The notes beneath the pieces are model-generated. The model was not told the DNA's origin. It did not search any database and saw only the letters and a program-made list of their open reading frames with translations. A stretch of DNA of 64,000 nucleotides from Octopus bimaculoides (lineage: Eukaryota): assembly GCF_001194135.2 (NCBI RefSeq), contig NC_069000.1, forward strand, positions 10,907,803-10,971,802, in the 5' to 3' direction. Both the position numbers and the translations under genes were made by a program. Positions 37,352-50,962 of this stretch are shown here, one piece after another (the stretch's first letter is position 1; each line of letters opens with the position of its first letter).

Positions 37352-40300
37352 TTGAATATTGCATCGCACCGCACATTATCCTTTATCCCTCTTGCGCGTG
37401 AACATGTTTTCAGATGCAGCAAAAATTNNNNNNNNNNGATTGAATATTGCATCGCACCGCACATTATCCTTTATCCCTCTTGCGCGTGAACATGTTTTCA
37501 GATGCAGCAAAAATTGAAATCTTCCCCCATCACTGTCCTAAATAGCCCATGCAAATATATATTTTCCATTTTAAGCAGCTATTTTAGACAGGTTTGTTTT
37601 CAATTCTTTTCTTTATTTCCTTTTTTTTTTTTTTTTCAAGTTTTCTTATAAGTTAGCAAACTTCTTTTAAGTAATTTAGTTTTGGTTTGTTTGTTTGTTA
37701 TTTTAGCAATTTTAGTTATTGGATTGCTACAATCCTAGAGCGTCGCCTTCGCGGGGCAATCAATCGATTTGTATCGACTAAATTATTCCTATTATAATGT
37801 CTATTTTGTCGCTTTCTGTATATCGAATGGCAGGTGGTTTAGCTTCTCCAACGGACATACAATTTGGCGGACAAGATACCGCAAGAAGTGCTTGTTGTTA
37901 TTTAAACACATATTTGTGTATGTTCATCTTATAAGTGATTGATACGTCGCGTTTTTATTACTTAGTAAAATATTGCCCTATTTGTCTTACTCGGTTTTTA
38001 TTTATGATGTATAAAAACCATACCATCAAAAAGCACCTTTGCGTTCCTTTTGTATTCCAGCGCCGGGACACTTGACAAATTGTTAATTAATTCTCTGAGT
38101 GCAATTTTACTGTGACCTAAAAATAAAAGCAGAGAACAAATTCTATGTCAGTAACTCTGTGTGGTTAATTAATTAGCTATTTGCTTGTTGGGAGATTAAG
38201 TAGGGAGAATGTGGCCCTTTTTTACCAAGCCTCAGAACGCTTTTGATCCTATTCGTTTTGGTTTTCAATATTCGCTCCTTTTTTTTTTCCTCTTCCTGTG
38301 GCTTTGTTTAATTTTTTCTTTCTTTTTTTTTATTGCAACTTTGCGAATAAAAAAAAAATTAATAGTTTTTAATTGTGTTGCGAAAAACATGTTCAATCAT
38401 TCCAGTAGTGTACAATATGGTTTTGTGGTGTTGTTTTAGACCTAGTGATCGAACAAGCATTTGATCAGAAAAGACATAACAGTCGGAGATCCGACTGTTA
38501 TTTCTAACAACTCGAACGGTCACTTCGAAGTACCTTTGTAGGCGCTGTTCGCTGACATTTTTGGGGGTGGGGGTGGAGTGTAAACATAAAAATTATTTTT
38601 AAATTCATCAAAAAAGCCCCCTTGTGGACAGTGTGGCCTGTGGCAACTTCCTATGAGGTTATTGTGGCCTGGTGTCGCTAAAGTTTATTGTCCAGCTATC
38701 ACCACAGTCGATTGAGTGAGTAAGTACTTCGTCACTTCAAGCTTGTCTGTGTGTGAAGCCCTAAAAAAAAAACGAAAACATTCTGAAATTTTGTATTCGT
38801 AGTTTATATAAATAGGAGGAAATTTCCAGTTGTTCTTACCGTATTTTCTGCTTTCTCAGCATCAAAAAAATAAAGGTTTATTTACATTCTTTTCATATTT
38901 TTCTTTCTTTTGTTATATTAACTAAGAAAAAAAAAAGCGAGTCAACTGAAATAAGACTGCAATGATACTTTATATAAAAGATATGTTTATAGAAAAATAT
39001 CAATGAGGCAAAATAAAATTGAATTATTATTTATTCTTTTTAAAAATAACAATCATCGTTGTGAAGTGTTTCAGTTTATTCGCCCTTTTTTTTTTTCCGT
39101 GGTTTTGGCAATTGAATTTTTAAAACTACGTATAAACTCGAGGGGGTAAAAAAGCCTTTTGCTCTTATTCAAACTGAGGAGTTAATTATAATTTTCGATT
39201 TATTTTATTTTCGCGTATTGATTCGTAGTCATTAATGTTTGGTCGGTGAAATTTTTAAAAAACTACATTGTGCTAACGACGAACATTGGGATTTAATTTG
39301 TGATCCAAAATTGTATTTTTTTTTTATTAACAACTTTGTAACCAAAATGTTGCCTCTCCAGTTGATTTAATTATGCCATTGTTGTTAATCACTTAGCTTT
39401 AATTCTAAGCGTTCGTATCCGATCTGACATAATTTATAATTTATTACGTGTACAGAAGTTAGTTGTTAAAATCTCTAATTGCATCACACACACACACTTA
39501 TGCAGAAATGCTCATGGATGGCCACAAATGGGTAGAGACTAGCAGAAATTGATCTCGGTATCTCCCGTTAGAAATATTTGTCTGGTCAACCGCTTCACAG
39601 ATAATGTACACGCGCGCGGATTTGCAGATTAAACAAAATATTTGTGAATCTTGATGCCCTTATCAAAACATTGATTTACAATTTCCACAGTTTCAGTTTG
39701 CCAACCTCGGTCGAACTGACCTGTGGTCGTAGGTGTTCAGTCCACTACTGTTATGACATTGTCCTGTCACCTGTTTTTAGGACTGCGTAATTTCCAAATC
39801 ACACAGCCAGTATCTGTTGGAGTTTTGAGCGATCGCGCGCACACAGTCCCTCTTCGAATCGTCTCAAATGATACATATATTGTGTGTGTTAGTGTATGGT
39901 CCCGGTGTAGCGATTTTAGATTAACCCATTTCGCCTCGTAATTTAGATAGGCATTCAATTTATCTGTAAATAGAATGGGATCGATATGAAATTACCTCTG
40001 GGTAGTTGGAAGGTCATTTCATTCCTGCCGCATAAGAAGAACAAGTAGTAGTTTGTGAAATCAGGTTCAGACTGACTGAGGGCGATATAGAATTGATTTC
40101 AAATTATCAGTGGAGTAACTTGGGACGGGGGGCGGGGGATTAGCTTGAAGCTTTGGTAGATCTAGGTGTATATTATCGGACCTGCCCTTTCATTTTTAAG
40201 ACAGTAAGGTAGTATTTGAAAGAGATTTTGACTGCTCTTTCAAAAATCATCCTACTCTTGTGATTGAACGGCGGCATAGAGTCGAGTTTCCCCCCCCCCC

Positions 40301-40654
40301 ATCTACTGTTAGCTTTAATTCTTAATATATATANNNNNNNNNNCCCCATCTACTGTTAGCTTTAATTCTTAATATATATATATATATATATAATGGGTTT
40401 ATTACATTGCATGTAATAACAGTTGGTATCAATTACACCTTATCACTTGACATTGCACCTGGGTACTAATGAATGACGTAATTGTTTCTAATAATTAACA
40501 TTTGAAGAGAGAGAAAACAACTGATTGTAATAATCTTTACTAATCAGTCGTATTAAAGTGTTGTACAGTGTATTTAATATAAAGAAAAAGAAGACGATGT
40601 TTCAAAGCAGATAGGAATAAAAAGAGGCAATCAGACCAAGAGAGACTGGTTGTT

Positions 40655-40900
40655 TTTGCGTCATCCTCTCCTAGTCTTAGGTCATCCAACTTTCCTCCTC
40701 CTTTCAGGTTCCCAGTCTAACACTTGTCCTGCAGTGTCTCGTTAGAGTGTGACCTGTCCAGCCCCATTTCCTACAGTAATCCAAAATCCCTTACATGTGT
40801 TCTGCAATCCTTAGTGCATCTTCCATGTTGTTTAATTTTGAGAGTTAAGCTCCACCAATGTCTGTGCAAGTTATGAATACTGAAAGAGTACATCTGGTCC
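40655..40900 (-). mobile_element. Decayed RTE-clade LINE ORF 3' end
   Basis: The minus strand gives KWGWTGHTL, followed by frameshifted W-EPERRRKVG*PKT. This resembles the RTE C-terminal pattern RWxWxGHxLR...WxPxGKRxxGRPK. Confidence 0.65.
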
Positions 40901-41629
40901 CACATTAAATACAACATCCTCGGGTCAACCAAAACCTTAGAATTCAAGATGAGTTGACTAGTTATGAATTGTGTGTGGAGACTTTATCAGATGGATTATA
41001 CATGTAATTAAAAGGTATGGCTGTGTTTCACACTGATTTAGAGGTGTACAATAAGGGTACACATATCTCTGGAATACTCAACCACATAATTGCTAATCCA
41101 ATGAGTAGAGAATTGAGTTGCTCAAACAACTGAATCTGGGTCATCAAAACCAGCTGAGACCCATTCACTTTCCAGGCTTAGTAAAGTTGATGTTGTTTAT
41201 AGTATTTTGCTGTTCTTGTCCAGTGGCACTGAATTTACAACTAGATGGGTGGGTCATTTGAGGATTAAGCATTTTGCCCCTCCCCCACATACATACAGCA
41301 TGACGGACAGGTAACTAAATAAGCAATACAGGTGACATCACAGCTGGATATCAGGTGTCAACCAACCATACATTCTCTGAAAGGTGTGTGTGTGTGTACA
41401 GTTCAAAAGTTGGTGTAATTGGTAGAATGTCTGGTTGTACTGCTGTATATAGCGTTTGGTAGCGTTCTTGGGTATAAATTTTTGCTCAGTGTTGATTGAT
41501 AAAGTAAGTAAATATTATGATAGGGAGTATTCCAGTCAATCGCCTACGACCCTTGTCAAGAGAAAGGTCAAAATAAGAATTGTTGGATACAATAACCTTA
41601 TCAAGAAGCAGGTAGAATTGAAATCCTAT

Positions 41630-41663
<34 letters not shown>

Positions 41664-42747
41664 GCATTAACACATACTTTTGATATCACCCAAATAATGT
41701 TTAATAGGCTTCGCATAGTGATGGAAAGAAAATCAGTAGGCAGAGAATAAAAATGAAGTAAGCAAGAGGCACACACAAAGCAAAAAAAAATATTTCTTGT
41801 CGAACGCAATAAATTATTGATATCAAAAGAAAAGCTTTTTCTTTTTCTTTCTTTCTCATTAAAAAGAAGAAAAAAAAACAACAAAAGCATGTAAAAATTC
41901 ACACAGAGAAAAATTCACAAAACCAATACTAATAATATACATCTAACTTNNNNNNNNNNNNNNNNNNNNNNNNNNNNNNNNNNNNNNNNNNNNNNNNNNN
42001 NNNNNNNNNNNNNNNNNNNNNNNNNNNNNNNNNNNNNNNNNNNNNNNNNNNNNNNNNNNNNNNNNNNNNNNNNNNNNNNNNNNNNNNNNNNNNNNNNNNN
42101 NNNNNNNNNNNNNNNNNNNNNNNNNNNNNNNNNNNNNNNNNNNTTTTTTTTTTTTTTCTGACACCACCTTAAAACATATTAGGAACATTTCAATCACACT
42201 AACGATGTATATCATCATCGTCGTTTAACGTCCGCTTTCCATGCTAGCATGGGTTGGACGATTTGACTGAGGTCTGGTGGGCCAGGAGGCGACACCAGGC
42301 TCCAATCTGATTTGGTAGAGTTTCTACAGCTGGATGCCCTTCCTAACGCCAACCACTCCGAGAGTGTAGTGGGTGCTTTTACGTGCCACCGGCATGAGGG
42401 CCAGTCAGGCAGGTACTGGCAACGGCGTATGTATTTACATTAATACAAATCAAACACAAACAGGGCAATTCTTGGTTTGCTCTAAAGTTGCGGGAAGAGG
42501 CAACCGAAAATTCCCTTGAATCATTCTACCATCATCAGAAAGACAAAGAATTACATAAAATATCATTGTCCTTATACTACCATGTCCTTGTGGGATAAAG
42601 AATTAGGGCTAATTGAGGGCCTGAACACTTTTATCTTTGATCATAAATCTGCTTGATCACGGTTTGTTTTTCAGTGAGATTAAATGTCCGTAATAAGACA
42701 AGCTTTTCAGCTTCACTCAAGAATGGCTTTTTCTATTTTTAAAGTCT

Positions 42748-42887
42748 GTGTTTATGTCCCCATAACTTAGCGATTCAGCAAACGGACACTGATAAAGTAA
42801 ATAGCGGGTTATTAAAAAAGAATAAGTCTTCAAGGTGGTGCCCCAGCATGGCCTCGGTCTAATGACTGAAACGAGTAAAAGATAAAG
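42748..42887 (+). mobile_element. SINE family A, 3' fragment
   Basis: tttatgtccccataacttagcgattcagc...catggcctcggtctaatgactgaaacgagtaaaag. Confidence 0.75.
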
Positions 42888-45845
42888 GGATATGAACATG
42901 CATAATATTCAAATATACTTGCGTAATGGAATGTGCTCTTCTGTAATATCTTTTCAATTTACTTCATCTTAACAATATATTCTTTGAATTATGACACCAG
43001 TCCAACTGTTAGAATATTACATACACCTTCGCACATCCTCTCCCTTCCCATCTGCAATAAACATAAACCTGCACTCAGAGAGATATTCTCCCTGTAACAC
43101 ATCAATGTTATGAACACTAAAATAGTTTTGTGGGGGTGGCAACATTATCGTTATTAGCATTATTACGAGGGTAAGAAGTGAATTCGATGTTAATTGCTAT
43201 GGAATTTATGTTGTAAGCCAGCGAGAGAGAAAGAAGAAAAAAAAGAAACATATCTCCTAACTGTAAATGCCAAATAAAAGAATGTCTAGCTCAATGTATT
43301 TCATCTATGCATCATTTGCCATATGAACAGGACAAGGTCTTTCACTATTTTCACTGCTTTCATCTTTTACACTTACTTTGTTTCGTTTCTCTTTGTGTGT
43401 GTGTGTGTGTGTGCTTTTAGTTTATTTTGTTCCACTGTCTAATGTCTGAAAAATTACTAAAGAGTATGTTTATTCTTATTAAAGCAAGCAAATTAACTCT
43501 GTTCTACTACTTTCTGTTGATGCCAAGCCAAAGACATTCACCTACATTTATATGGACATACAAACACATACACATATATATATATATATATATAATGATA
43601 AAGGTGGCTTATTCGCAATTTACAACCAGTATATATATATATATATATATATACATATATATAATTCAATAATAGGATAAAGTCTGTAAGAATTTATCAA
43701 GTAGTTACCGTGAAAAAACCTCATAAGGGAAAAATCCATCATTTATTCCCTATAAATATATGGGCATTACTATACATAAATGCCTCACACTAAGAGGGAC
43801 TCTAAAGTCAAACTACCATATATACACACACTCACAAGTAATACAGTAAAGAAGGCAAGGTGTATTCAACCATATATGATGACATGTCATAGAAAAGCTT
43901 TTCTGATAAGAGAGAGGGGGGGACTGTATGTACAGTTTATAGTATTATCAGGGTGTAGTTTTACCTGATTTCTTGCATAGGCACCAGGTCTCGGGTTGCT
44001 GTCTTTTATTTTAGGGTGGACGAAGCGAGGTAGTTACTCGTATTTAAATCAAGGGGAAACAAGCTTTTTTGGTAGTTTATGGTCTAGGTCAGCTTAACCT
44101 TTCCAGTTTACTGGAGTCAGTAAAATAAACTGTCAGTGATAACCTACAGCACTCACTGTAAGGGCCCGTTTTCATGCTAGCATGGGTCAGGAGGAGTCAA
44201 TACTAGTCTCGCCTCTCTCTACCAGCAATGTTTTCCACTGGCAAAAAGTAAGGCTGACACTTACAGACAGGTGTCAGAGTCAGAAAGGTCATCACCATGA
44301 AAACAGTTATCGCAGGGCATGTTATCCAATGCACTGACGGTTCTTGCTAATCTATTGCTCGGCATTGGTACTTTTGTTGACATTAACACCACCCACCCAG
44401 TGTTGACCTTGTGGCATTTGAAGCCAAAGTGCAGCAGCTCTGGACAAATACCACAGTGAATTCCATCCTGCTCTTTAACAACTCTGCTGCCACTTTGCCC
44501 CTGTTCTGTATACTCCAAGTCATCTCTGTTCTAGCTCCATGTCAACATTTCGTCATAAGCTTCTTACTCTCTTCAAATTTCTTTGTCCTCTTCAACAACA
44601 TTCCCTTTGGTTAGACTTCGTCTCACAGTGCTTCCTTCGTTAATTACTTTTATATCATCCAGATTCCTTTTAATTCTAGTCCCGCCTGCTTCCTTTGTTG
44701 AACCGTTAAGTTTTGTCTTCTCAATTCAAGTTATACTCGTCTCAGTTTTCAATGGTCTTTGTAGATCTTCACCATTTATTGCTGGTAACACATTTACGCA
44801 TCATCATACAAGCTATATTTTCGTTTTGGAAAGGGAGGAGAGAGAGAGAGAGAGAGAGACAAGCAAAAATAAAGATACACTATTTTAATTTTCTATACAT
44901 TTTTATCATAGAAAAAACCCATCTTTTTCGAGATTACAAGAGGGCAGGAGGATGTGTAACCCCTTTGTCTCCTACAAGAGTAGAAAGAAATTCTCTAAAT
45001 AGCTTCCAATCATGACAAGCTGTAGCCAGCATGCATGCTATAGCAACACTAGTTAGATCATGTTTTTTAACAACATAACTTTTACCAATACTAAATATGT
45101 CTTTACAGTAGAAATTCCTCAAGTTGTAATCTGTTACAAATAGATGGAATCATTTTTTTCTTCTTTCGCTTCTTGTCTCGAATACAATTTCTCTTTTGTT
45201 TTGTTTGTCGTTATTTTTTTTGTATTATTGTTTGAGGAGGGAATTTTTTTTTCTTTTCCTTCATCATTTCTTGCAAATGCAGAATTATTATGCGTTCATG
45301 GACCAACCTTTTTTTTTTTTCTTCTAAAAATTATGCATTATTTACAACTATTTTTTAAATTTTTGTATTATGTTCTTACTGCAGTTTTTTAGTTTATATG
45401 CTGCAATACAAAGACACAAAACAGTTTTGTCCTCTTCCTACTGAACCATTTTTGTGGGGAGATATTTCTAAGTTAATGAATAAATACAGAACCATTGTCT
45501 ATTTGAACAACTGCAGCATTAGTACAGCTCTCATATCCTAGGCTATGTTTGTATGTGAGTATATATCAAGATTATACATGTTTGGCGTGTGTGTATAATA
45601 CAACATCACTGGTGCCAAACCGTATCGGTCTTTCCCTTGGATAACATCGGTGGCGTGGAGAGGAGAGGCTGGTATACATGGGCAACTGCTGGTCTTCCAT
45701 AAACAACTTTGCCCAGACTTGTGCCTCAGAGGGTGCAATCCTATGGTCATTCATGACTGAAGGGGGTTTTTACCCTTTTTTTACATATATATTTATATAT
45801 ATATGTATTCACCTGGAAATAGATATATACAAATGAAAGTCTAAA

Positions 45846-46258
45846 ATCATCATCATCATCGTTTAACGTCCGCTTTCCATGCTAGCATGGGTTGGACGAT
45901 TTGACTGAGGACTGGTGAAACCGGATGGCAACACCAGGCTCCAGTCTGATTTGGCAGAGTTTCTACAGCTGGATGCCCTTCCTAACGCCAACCACTCAGA
46001 GTGTAGTGGGTGCTTTTACGTGTCACCCGCACGAAAACGGCCACGCTCGAAATGGTGTCTTTTATGTGCCACCCGCACAAGCCAGTCCAGGGGCACTGGC
46101 AACGATCTCGCTCGAAAATCCTACGGGAGCCAGTCAGGCGGTACTGGCAACGGCCACGCTCAAAATGGTGCATCTCATGTGCCACCCGCACAAGAACCAG
46201 TCCAGGGGCACTGGCAACGATCTTACTTGGCTTGCCGGGTCTTCTCACGCACAGCACA
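45846..46258 (-). mobile_element. Family C element with an expanded internal modular repeat
   Basis: Same tail and core as 2181-2385. It also carries repeated gtgccacccgcac and ccagtccaggggcactggcaacga modules at about a 113-bp period. Confidence 0.85.
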
Positions 46259-46552
46259 TCTAAAATAGATGGGGAAAAAAAAGAAGTAATTCATGAAATG
46301 TGTTTTTCTCCTTTTAATTTTTTCCAATAGTATTCTAGACATTTTCCACAGATAATCTGTAAATATCTACACCGTTATGTTTGTATGTCTGTATTTTCCA
46401 TATCCCATATCGAAAGTTGACTCTCTCACGTCAAAATCACAAGTAATTAAATAATTCATTTAGACATTTGTTGAGCATTTTTTACAAAAACTACCTTATT
46501 GAGACTAATTATGATGTACATTGTGGCATGCGTATGTGTCTTGTGTGTATAG

Positions 46553-46712
46553 TGTGGCTGTGTGATAAGAAGTTTGCTTCCCAACCACATAGTTCCAGGT
46601 TCAGTCTCACTGCATGGCACATTGAGCAAATGTCTTCTACTATAATCTCAGGACAACCAAAGCTTTGTGAGTGTATTTGGTCAACAGAATCTGAAAGAAG
46701 CCCATTGTATAT
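46553..46712 (+). mobile_element. SINE family A, 5' half (diverged)
   Basis: gtggctgtgtgataagaagtttgcttcccaaccac...gaaagaagcccattgta. Confidence 0.8.
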
Positions 46713-47982
46713 AATAAATGATCAGTTATCAAAATCTCAAAGCTACAAGATAACACATGGTTAATTCAAAGCAATGTGAATTAAATAATCATTAACATTC
46801 GACAAAATGGTCTGGGTATTTTCTTTTTTCTTATCACAGCCCTATTACGTTGCCATCAATGCACCCCAAAATTTATCCATTCCATTTCAGTCCACTTAAA
46901 CATGTCGAATCTTCTATTTATACCTCACTTGTGCATTATTTATAAAGAATGTTTCTTTCCTTTTAACGTATGCTATTTATTTTAATAGATCAATATTGAA
47001 GTTTTCTTTGTTTTCCAATATTCAGCTGGACTTGTATTTAAGTAATCAATGTGCCTTACTACAACTGATTCTAGTCCTTCACTTCGTGCTTGTGGGTTTT
47101 TTTTGCCATCAACACTTGTATGCTGTTAGTAACATTAACAAACTAGGTCAGATTAGTCTACAACTACCATAATGAACAGTGTTTCCAATTAAATAATCTA
47201 CCTTGTTTACAATATTCAGCTTACCATATTTCAGTAGTCAAAAGTTCTTTGCTGGAAGTGGCTCCAGTCTTGTTCAATATTTGAACGGTTACAGCAAATA
47301 AACTAAAATATCAAATTAGGTCCAAATTAGTGTAACGTAGTAATGAATAGTCTTTATGGTTTGTAAATGTTGGCATTTTAATTCTTGAGTTACTATTTAG
47401 AAAATGTTTTTTTAAGGAAAACTTTAATAAGTGAGTCTACTGTGTTGGATGTTGTTGCTTGGTTAAAATGAAAAGAATGCTGTAGTCCTTTTTTTTTTAG
47501 AGCTTAGCAATTTCATTGTAAAACCATTATCGCTATTATCATATAACCTTGTCTGAAAATATAAACGTGTCCTACATTGGTGAAAGAAGAATATATCCGA
47601 GGTGGTTAGGAGTATAATAGATAGATAGGGTGGTGTTATTTTTTATTTAGCCTAGTCGATGTTGATCCAATAGACATAGGGCCAAAAGCCTACTAGCTAG
47701 AATTATCCCAGTTAGCAAAGATATTAATTAAACTGCATTTGGTTGTGAGGCTCTATCTTCAGGCTTTTGTAGTATGGAGTTAACACTTAGTTACCACTGC
47801 ACACAGGCCCAGTCTGCCCTGGGGTGGTAGTACCTGTCGTGGTAGGGGTCAGATGGAAGAAGGTTCTGTGGTTAAGGTATGCAGAACTCAGAGGAGGGCT
47901 GGCCCCTGGACATGTGTTACGTCAGTCTACCATTGTGTGATCATTCCTTGATGTCACATGAACTAGTCGCCCTTGTTTACAG

Positions 47983-48064
47983 GATCTAAATAGGTCCCAT
48001 GCTCTGGAGAACAGGAGATACCAAGCAGAATAAATTGTAAATAAATTTGCAACCTGTAAAACAG
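47983..48064 (+). other. Possible 82-nt upstream non-coding exon
   Basis: Acceptor cccttgtttacag|G at 47982 and donor CAG|GTGAGA at 48065. Splice signals are the only evidence. Confidence 0.25.
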
Positions 48065-48250
48065 GTGAGAATAGAGCATCATTAGTAAAGATAAAAGGAA
48101 ATATTTAGAAGCCATTGATGAGGGAACCGCAAGTTTTGAGATTAATGACTTAGGTAAATCTTAGTTTAAACATTTACAACAGTAATGTTGATGTTAAGTA
48201 TGGTTTAAGATTTGGCTCTCATCCACTACCACCACCCCATTAGATGCAGA

Positions 48251-48624
48251 AAGAGTTGTGTGGTTAAGAAGCTCACTTTGCAGTCATGCGGTTTGGGGTT
48301 CAGTCCCATTGCGTGGTACCTTGGGCAAATGTCTTCTATAGCCTCGGGCCAAACAATGCCTTGTGAGTGAAATTTAGTATGCAGAAGCTGTATGGGAGTC
48401 TGTTGTATGTATGTGTACATACATATATGTGTTTGTCATCTCCCACACTGCCTGATAACTGATGGTTTCTTTGTAATTTAGCAGTTTAGCAAAAGAGACC
48501 GATAGAATAAGTACTGGACTTCAAAGGAAAAGATACGTACTGTGGTTGATTTGTTCAATTAAGACCCTTCGAAGCAGGGTTTTTTTCATGGCTGCAGTCC
48601 AGTGACTGAAACGAATAAAAGATA
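48251..48624 (+). mobile_element. SINE family A, near full length (diverged)
   Basis: Head, body and tail are colinear with 1270-1675. Confidence 0.8.
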
Positions 48625-49893
48625 ATGGTCAGAAATGACCAGATGACCACGTCTTAGAGAAGGCAGATCATGATACAATATGAGATGTTTTAGGAATGTG
48701 GAGCTCAGGTGGAATGACAAAATGGTATATACTATTCTTTGGAAAGTCTCATCTTCGTGTTGTTTGAGTTAGAATGGGATATTTGCATTGTGCAAGTTTT
48801 GCCAAAGGAGAAGTCTGTTCAGGGATTCCTTGTTTAAAAGATGAGCACTTAGTAAAAGTCTACGGTAATGGGAAGAGATAGATTCTGCAAATGACTGGAT
48901 AGAAAAGAAAAAAAAAATATATGGTTGGTGAGATTTAGCTACCGACTTGCTAGTGTGAATATCTGATCCCTTGTATATATGGACATGTATTGGCTGTTGT
49001 GTGTAAGTGTGTAGCCTGCCGTTTACAAATGTGTGAATGTCTTTTTTGTGTATGTATGCTTTATCGTGTAAATGTACACATGTGTAAGATAGAAAATGTG
49101 TACAGAGCATTTGTATTTTGTGTTTGCTTTTACTTATCGGTAATTGAAGGGTGGGGGAAGAAGAAGAAGAAGACAAAAGAAAAGTAGTAACAATCATAGA
49201 AAATGGGAAGTGAATGGAAGGGAACAGGATGGCATAAAAAAAATAAATAAGGCCCTTCCGTTTGGTTAACCATTATATGTGCATTGAAGATTTCATTGAT
49301 TTTCTTCCCTTCAACACAATTGCTCTCACTCTATTCAATAACATTCATTTAACAAACCTTTTATAGGTACCCCCCCCCCCCACCACTTCTTTCTTCCAAC
49401 CATCTTTAACAGATATACGGGACTTTGTTTCCTTTTTTTCACCAACAAGACTATATTTTAGGGTAATTTCCTTCTTTTACAATTAACACTTTACACAAGT
49501 GATGGATGGTTAGTTGGCAGTAACGGTAAAGCACTCGACTAACTATTTGACAATGTTTAATTTCATTGTGCTTCTAAAATCCATCTTTAAATCCCTTTGT
49601 GATTGATAAATGTGTGTGTGGAAGTGCGTGGCCTAGTTGTTACGGTGTTGTGCTCACAATCACTAGATCTTGCGTTCAATTCCTGCACCAAGTGAACCGT
49701 TGTGTTGTGTTCTTGAGCAAATCACTTCAACATCTGACATGTAGCAGCACACTTGTGCACCTGTTCAGGTAATGTTGATTTGATGGAGGGAGGGAGTTAA
49801 TGAACAGTCCATACATTTGATTACTATAAACAAATCATTTGTGCAAGTTGTTGAGCAAAACCTGACCACTCATACATCAATTTCAATAGGGAG

Positions 49894-50120
49894 AGCCTTG
49901 TGAGTGGATTTGGTAGATGGAAACTGAAAGAAGCCCGTCGTATATATATGTGTATGTTTGTTCCCCCACAATCGCTTAACAACTGATGCTGGTGTCCCTG
50001 TAAGTTAGTGGATCGGCAAAAGAGACCGATAGAATAAGTCCTGGGGTCGATTTGCTCGACTAAAGGCGGTGCTCCAGCATGGCCACAGTCAAATGACTGA
50101 AACAAGTAAAAGAGTAAGAG
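49894..50120 (+). mobile_element. SINE family A, 5'-truncated
   Basis: agccttgtgagtggatttgg...gactgaaacaagtaaaagag. Confidence 0.85.
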
Positions 50121-50393
50121 TATACTGGGGTCGATTTATTCGCCTAAAAATTTAAGGTGATACCCCAGCATGCCTGCAGCCTAGATGAAAGATAATCACA
50201 CAAACAACCTTTTATACAGAGCAGAAAATCCTTTTAGAAAAGAGCTTGAAATAAGCAATTACTTTCATACATTATAACTAATTCTCTTTTAACAAATACT
50301 ATTGATGTTTTCTTTAAACAATTTCTTTGTTGATATTCTTCGAAATATTTTNNNNNNNNNNTTTTTTTTTTTTTTTTTTTTCTTCTTTTGCAG

Positions 50394-50580
50394 ATTTCAA
50401 ATAGAAAAGATCTGCTGATGTTGGATATCAGTGAAACATCTGCAATTGCTTCTGTCACCATATTCTGGATTATGTTTCCTTCAAGAAGCTCCTTTTCCCA
50501 TTCAATGGAATCTGGAATTTTACAAATGTTTATGGACTTCTCTGAGCTGTAATCTGAAAAAAAAAAAAGCCTTTCACCAT
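50394..50580 (+). other. Candidate non-coding 5'UTR exon of the AFF gene
   Basis: A long polypyrimidine tract plus CAG ends at 50393 (ttttcttcttttgcag|att). A consensus donor GTAAGT lies at 50581. Possible downstream acceptors are at 50784 (ctattctcag) and 50954 (accatcag|ctgaaccATG). Confidence 0.5.
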
Positions 50581-50962
50581 GTAAGTCATTTAGGTGATAG
50601 TAGCATCACCAGTGCCGGATTCTGGGTCCTTTCACAATGTTTTGTGGAACACACGACCAGTCACCAAGTTTTTTTATCTGATTATTTTCCATTGTTTAAC
50701 GAACATTCCCCTCCCCCCCCCACACACACATACATACATGCATGCATGCACACACATGTTCACAATACACTGACCTATTCTCAGATCGAGTTTACAATCC
50801 TATAACTACACATATAAATTGTTGTTTGTATCTATGCACACTCTTGAAAACAGAAAAGAATAACACAAGCAAAATCCATACACATCAGTCACAGAATTGT
50901 TTTGTTCATTCTGGAAACTACCGTAATATTGGTACGCCGTAGTTATCACCATCAGCTGAACC

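Noticed and set aside
37350-37515. Perfect 78-bp direct repeat (37350-37427 and 37438-37515)
   Set aside because: The copies flank a 10-N gap, which is typical of an unmerged contig overlap. The same pattern occurs at 40297-40333 / 40344 onward.
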